From contig CM022679.1 in assembly GCA_012295275.1 (NCBI GenBank), positions 12,958,001-13,022,000 on the forward strand: a DNA stretch of 64,000 nt. Direction: 5' to 3'. The translations under genes were made by a program, and so were the position numbers. The notes under the pieces are model-generated. The model was not told the origin of the DNA. It saw only the letters and a program-made list of their open reading frames with translations, and ran no database searches. Numbering within the stretch: the first letter of the stretch is position 1; each line of letters opens with the position of its first letter. The DNA comes from Chrysomallon squamiferum. Lineage: Eukaryota; Animalia; Mollusca. This document shows positions 59,227 to 64,000 of this stretch, piece by piece.

Positions 59227-59742
59227 ATGAATTCTGTTTCGGCCAAAAATACTTCGACGAAATTTATTTTCAGTCCGGGAAAATGTAAGAGGGACGAGCA
59301 AAACGGAAATACAAGATCGAAACCACTTGTTGACTATTCCTTCAGTGATGAAGATAATACCTCTCTCTTGGAGAAGAGTATGGAAAGTTTGAGTGGAACA
59401 TTGCGAGTTCTTGGGATGACGTCGTCACCACAGTTCGACATAAGTCTACGACGTCGTGTGTTATGCGAAAACCATAAACAGAATTTACGACATCGAATTT
59501 CCCTCAAACTAAAGAAGGAAGAAGACGAAGAAATGGAAAGGAAAAACGCCGTGTTGTCTTCGGTTGATCAGATGATTTCGTCCCCACTGAAATCGTCCAT
59601 TAGTTGTTTCCGAAGGTTCAGTCCAAGAAGAGTTGTGATGTCAAGAGACACAAGAAAAAAGTTTCGTTCAGCTCTTGCGTTCAGTCCGAAAAGAAAATCC
59701 AGTCTGTTCTGTTTCCATCCCTCCAAGAAGTTATGTTTGTGA
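59227..59742 (+). CDS. Single-exon uncharacterised Ser/Arg/Lys-rich protein (171 aa) with multiple S-P-x-K/R sites
   Basis: ATG at 59227 (aaaATGA), non-repetitive ORF, upstream TATA candidate, AATAAA at 59886-59891. Confidence 0.75.
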   Translation: MNSVSAKNTSTKFIFSPGKCKRDEQNGNTRSKPLVDYSFSDEDNTSLLEKSMESLSGTLRVLGMTSSPQFDISLRRRVLCENHKQNLRHRISLKLKKEEDEEMERKNAVLSSVDQMISSPLKSSISCFRRFSPRRVVMSRDTRKKFRSALAFSPKRKSSLFCFHPSKKLCL

Positions 59743-59930
59743 AAAGTACATTAATATTCATGTTTTGTAAATAATTATGTATTTGTAACATTTACGCTAG
59801 CCATGTGCTGAGCAACTTTTAAACGAGTGCTAATTTTTATGTTTCTATTATAACTGGTATGTATGTATTTGAAATACATTTTTACAATAAATGCATATCA
59901 CTGCTTATTATCTTAATTCGTCTTATGTTT

Positions 59931-59990
<60 letters not shown>

Positions 59991-60279
59991 CAATAATAAT
60001 TTTCCGTGTGAAGATTTGATGAGGCTTAAAGTTTTTAATTGAAAAAGAAAGCATGTATCGTAATTTTTAATTTTTATTTTTTTAAATTTTTTTATAATAA
60101 TATATACAAATTTATCCACAAAAATATTTTACTGGAAAAACATAATAGTTATTTCTCAATTTGCTATGTATTATTTTTTACACATCATTTACGTAAACGA
60201 ATTTATGTGTATATAAGACCTCATTAACATTTTACATATTTATCAGTTTATTTATATTTAATTATTTATTTATTTATTT

Positions 60280-60345
<66 letters not shown>

Positions 60346-61565
60346 TTGTTGTTTTGTATGTGTTCATACAGATAACAATAAAGTTATTAACTGCGGAATA
60401 TTTCTGTAAATAAAAATATAAAATTGATTACAACAAGAAAGCAAAACAGATGAAATAAATTTTAATTGCATAACTAAATAAAAATAAAACATCATGCTTA
60501 TTTGATTGGAACAAATAAATTAAAACAACAATTGAAAATAAGCTGAAAAATACACAAATAATGATAAAGAAATAAAATAAGAACTATATATATATATATA
60601 TATATATCGGACAACAAACAAAGAATTAAAATGAACATATTAAACAAATGAATACATATTAAACCCTGTTGCGCATTTTAAAATAAATATTTCTTAATCT
60701 GAAATAACCACTAAACAGATAATTATAAAGACTTCAAAGACAGAAATTTAAACAGTTCTCAAAATATCTCCTTTTGTAAATAATACTATGTTCATTTTAA
60801 TAATAATAATAATAATAATAAATAATAATAATAATAATAATAATAATAATCGAAAATTCATCATAATAACTAAGATTTCAAATGTTATATTATCTCTATA
60901 TAAAACTAATATTTGTATTATTATTTCTATTTCTGAAGTGATAAAAAATGAAACTGAAGACACTAGATGTAATAATGTATTTTATTTGTTTAAACCACAA
61001 TTTTAAACAAACAGGTACTATATACAGAATAATAATTTAAAAAAAAAATGTATATTGTTATATTCCACACCACGCGAACACTACACTGCTTGTACATTTA
61101 ACTGAATACATCCCATTACTGTACACATCGCTCGATCTCACCACCATTACCTATACTCATGAAATATATCTGTAGATCTAAAGAGTGACGTCATATTTCA
61201 TTTGAAGAAAATAGCGCTCATTTGTTTTCTGATGTTTGCGTACGAAAAGAGTTGAATACGAATAGAAATCGAAGATGGAACAAACCGTACTACCTCAGAA
61301 TTAAGGAACAGCGTAAGAGGGGTGAATGGTAAGAAAATAATGTGCTCTTCACTCGTAGACATAAACAAATGCAGCATAACCTTTCATAAATATAAAACTA
61401 ATAATAAAGTACCGAAAACCACAAAAATTGATATCAAAATAACTGAAAAGAAAATCAAAAGTCATACACAGAGAATAAGAATTTTAAATAATTATACAAT
61501 AAAAAAAAAATGTAAATACAAAACGAAAAGAAGATAAACAATAAAATAAAATAATAAAATAATAA

Positions 61566-61625
<60 letters not shown>

Positions 61626-61650
61626 GATAATGATAATGATAATGATGATG

Positions 61651-61688
<38 letters not shown>

Positions 61689-61858
61689 CCATATATATAC
61701 ACGTACATATCACAAACAGATGCCATTTTAAAATTTAATAAAATAATCTACAAACATTTAAAAAAAACTGAATCAATAAAACAAAAATAGGGACTATTTT
61801 TTTTTTTTTTTTCATTCATTTTTTTTTAATTATTATTATTATTTTTCTTCAGCTAAAT

Positions 61859-63257
61859 TTAATTCTTTACAAAAAATCTTGTGTCGTAAAATTTCCAAAA
61901 TTCGTCATCACGTTCGAACGTTTCCGGAAACGGAATCATATTGGGTGACGAGCATTCTGAGAAAAATCCGGCTTCTGGACGAGGCATCGTTTCCGGTGTT
62001 TCTTGCCTTTTCTGCGCGGAGTTATTTTGACCTTTGTTTTTTACAACAATTGCAGGCAACTGTAAGTCACTTTTTTCCGATTTAGAAGCCGTCTGCTGAA
62101 TACCTTCATCGCCATTGTTCCCATATTTGTCCTTCCGAAAGTTAAGAAGACCGTTTATGAAAAGCTTCTCTGAAAAAAGGACAATATATATGGATTTAAG
62201 TTAAAGCATCAGAACAGGAACAAGTCTGCTGTGTTATATATTAAATACACTGAATTTGTTTATCAGTGAATGACAGCCAAAATTTCATAGGACATGAATG
62301 TAACGGTCTTTTTAAAAATAGAAATAAAAATGTAATAATAATAATAATGATAATAATAACAACTGCCAAAATAAGACAACAATCGAACATTAAAATTCAT
62401 GCTCGAAAAAAAATAATTTAAATTATATTAAAAAATGAATAACAAAAAGATCAGAATAAAGAATAATCAGTTCAACAGAAAAAAACAATAACAAATATAT
62501 ATATTAACGATTCATAAGTTTGGCATATGACTCGACAGTACATACGTTTAAAATGCATCTGCAGATATTAAAAACATTTACAGTTAATAAAGTTAAGAGA
62601 TATCTCATTGTTAAGATTCCTTAATCTCATCTGTCATATTTAGTATGGTTTTTACATAATCTAATTGTGTACGTCCTTTATAATTTATGTAGTATAATTT
62701 CATAACATGGGCTTTACGTAATATAATTCTATAATAATAAAATAATATAAAAAATGGGTTCTGCGAAATCTAAATTTATAATATAGGCTTTTATGTAACT
62801 TAATTTTAAAACATGGGCTTTACGAAATATCATTTTATATACACGTAATTTACTTTCATGGCATAAGCTTTATGTAATCTGGACCTATAATATCGATCTT
62901 CCATATACTAATTATGGACGTTATGTAATCAGATTTTATGTTATAGTCCTTACTCATACTGCGTTCGGGTTCTTTTTTGCCATTTTTCTCTCGTAATAAT
63001 CATTCCATAATTTTTGCATATGTCGTTCATGAATGTTGTACTCCATCCATATGCCTGTAATGAAAACAAACACAGAAGTGCACCTGTGTGAACATATTCA
63101 GTGCGTGGTGAGGTTTCTGCCTACCGTTTTAACAATCAAGTTACCGAGTTCACAAGCCTCGTCCACATTTCCCGTAAGAATAATACTTGACTTTTCAGTC
63201 GAAGTTAAGAAATCGGTTTCAATTGGTTGGAATTTCATACAGACTAAGTCTCATTAT

Positions 63258-63306
<49 letters not shown>

Positions 63307-64000
63307 GTAATAGTAATAATAACAACAACAAGAACAACAACAATAGTAACACTAATAATAATAATGACTACAACAACAGTAAAGTAATTTAAATAAACCA
63401 ACCAACCCATCCATCAAAATTAATTAATAATTTAGAAAACAAACATAATGATAGCATTACAAACGGTAGCATAAACATTAACGCCTCTTCCAATAACATA
63501 AAACATGAACTGTAACATTTAAAATAAATAAATAAATAAATAGAAACGACATTTTGAAGAATCTTTTAATTAACTTACTAAGTGAATCCTTCTTGAACCT
63601 GAACTCGTCTGTCTCGGGTACGCGACGTTTGTGAACTTCATTACTGTAGACGAATTTAGTCCAGCTTTTGTCAGGAGGTTTCGTATACGTAGGGAAGATA
63701 TTTTTCCGGGCTAAGTAGCCCAGTTTATCCAATGGCTTCAGTTCTCCATCGATAAGGTTGGGGATAGGAAGGTCTTTCATGCTTCTTTTTTGAAGCTTCT
63801 CTAAAATAAGCTTCTCTATTTCATTAACAATCTTCTTGTCCTCCACAATATCGGAAGTTCTGTTGGAAAAACGCTTGTTAAAATGTGGACATTCTTGTAA
63901 CAGACAGAATGGCAGTGGCTCTAGATTATTAGGTATTATACTCTTATAGTCAAAATGCTTCTTTTCTTCAGCTTTTGGTGTTTCCTGTGTTTCTTTGGTT
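61859..64000 (-). CDS. 3' part of an uncharacterised multi-exon gene (continues beyond the right edge)
   Basis: An exon is open from 63999 to the donor at 63579 (A|gtaagt). The next exon, ~62954-63054, reads S-IWMEYNIHERHMQKLWNDYYERKMAKK. The terminal exon 61859-62169 ends PFPETFERDDEFWKFYDTRFFVKN*. The junction between the last two exons is off by 1 nt. Confidence 0.7.
62680..62940. repeat. Degenerate tandem repeat (atgggctttacgtaat-like units)
   Basis: Recurring gggctttacg / ggcttttatgtaa / aagctttatgtaat / gacgttatgtaat. Confidence 0.5.

Overview
AT-rich, microsatellite-dense animal genomic DNA with spliceosomal introns; the gene content and SINE-like repeats suggest a lophotrochozoan, probably a mollusc (inference). 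Exon chains were assembled by hand. (1) The first coding exon of a probable ionotropic glutamate receptor (iGluR) paralog, cut off by the left edge. (2) A 13-exon variant iGluR (minus, 6423-15833) with Glu at the pore Q/R site, non-glutamate-type ligand residues, a GC-AG intron and an in-frame TGA/frame defect in exon 1. (3) A secreted QPD/WND C-type lectin (perlucin-like). (4) NDUFS6, with two of four zinc ligands changed to Ser, a C-terminal extension and a 1-nt frame defect in exon 1. (5) An SDR9C-type short-chain dehydrogenase whose 13.6-kb first intron holds an inverted/direct duplication with a TSD-flanked retro-insertion and a ~0.7-kb tandem duplication. (6) A Tigger/pogo-like MITE. (7) Three unrecognised ORFs/genes at the right end. 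Most ORFs in the supplied track are microsatellite artefacts. Single-base frame defects at homopolymers recur, so assembly indels must be excluded before any recoding claim.
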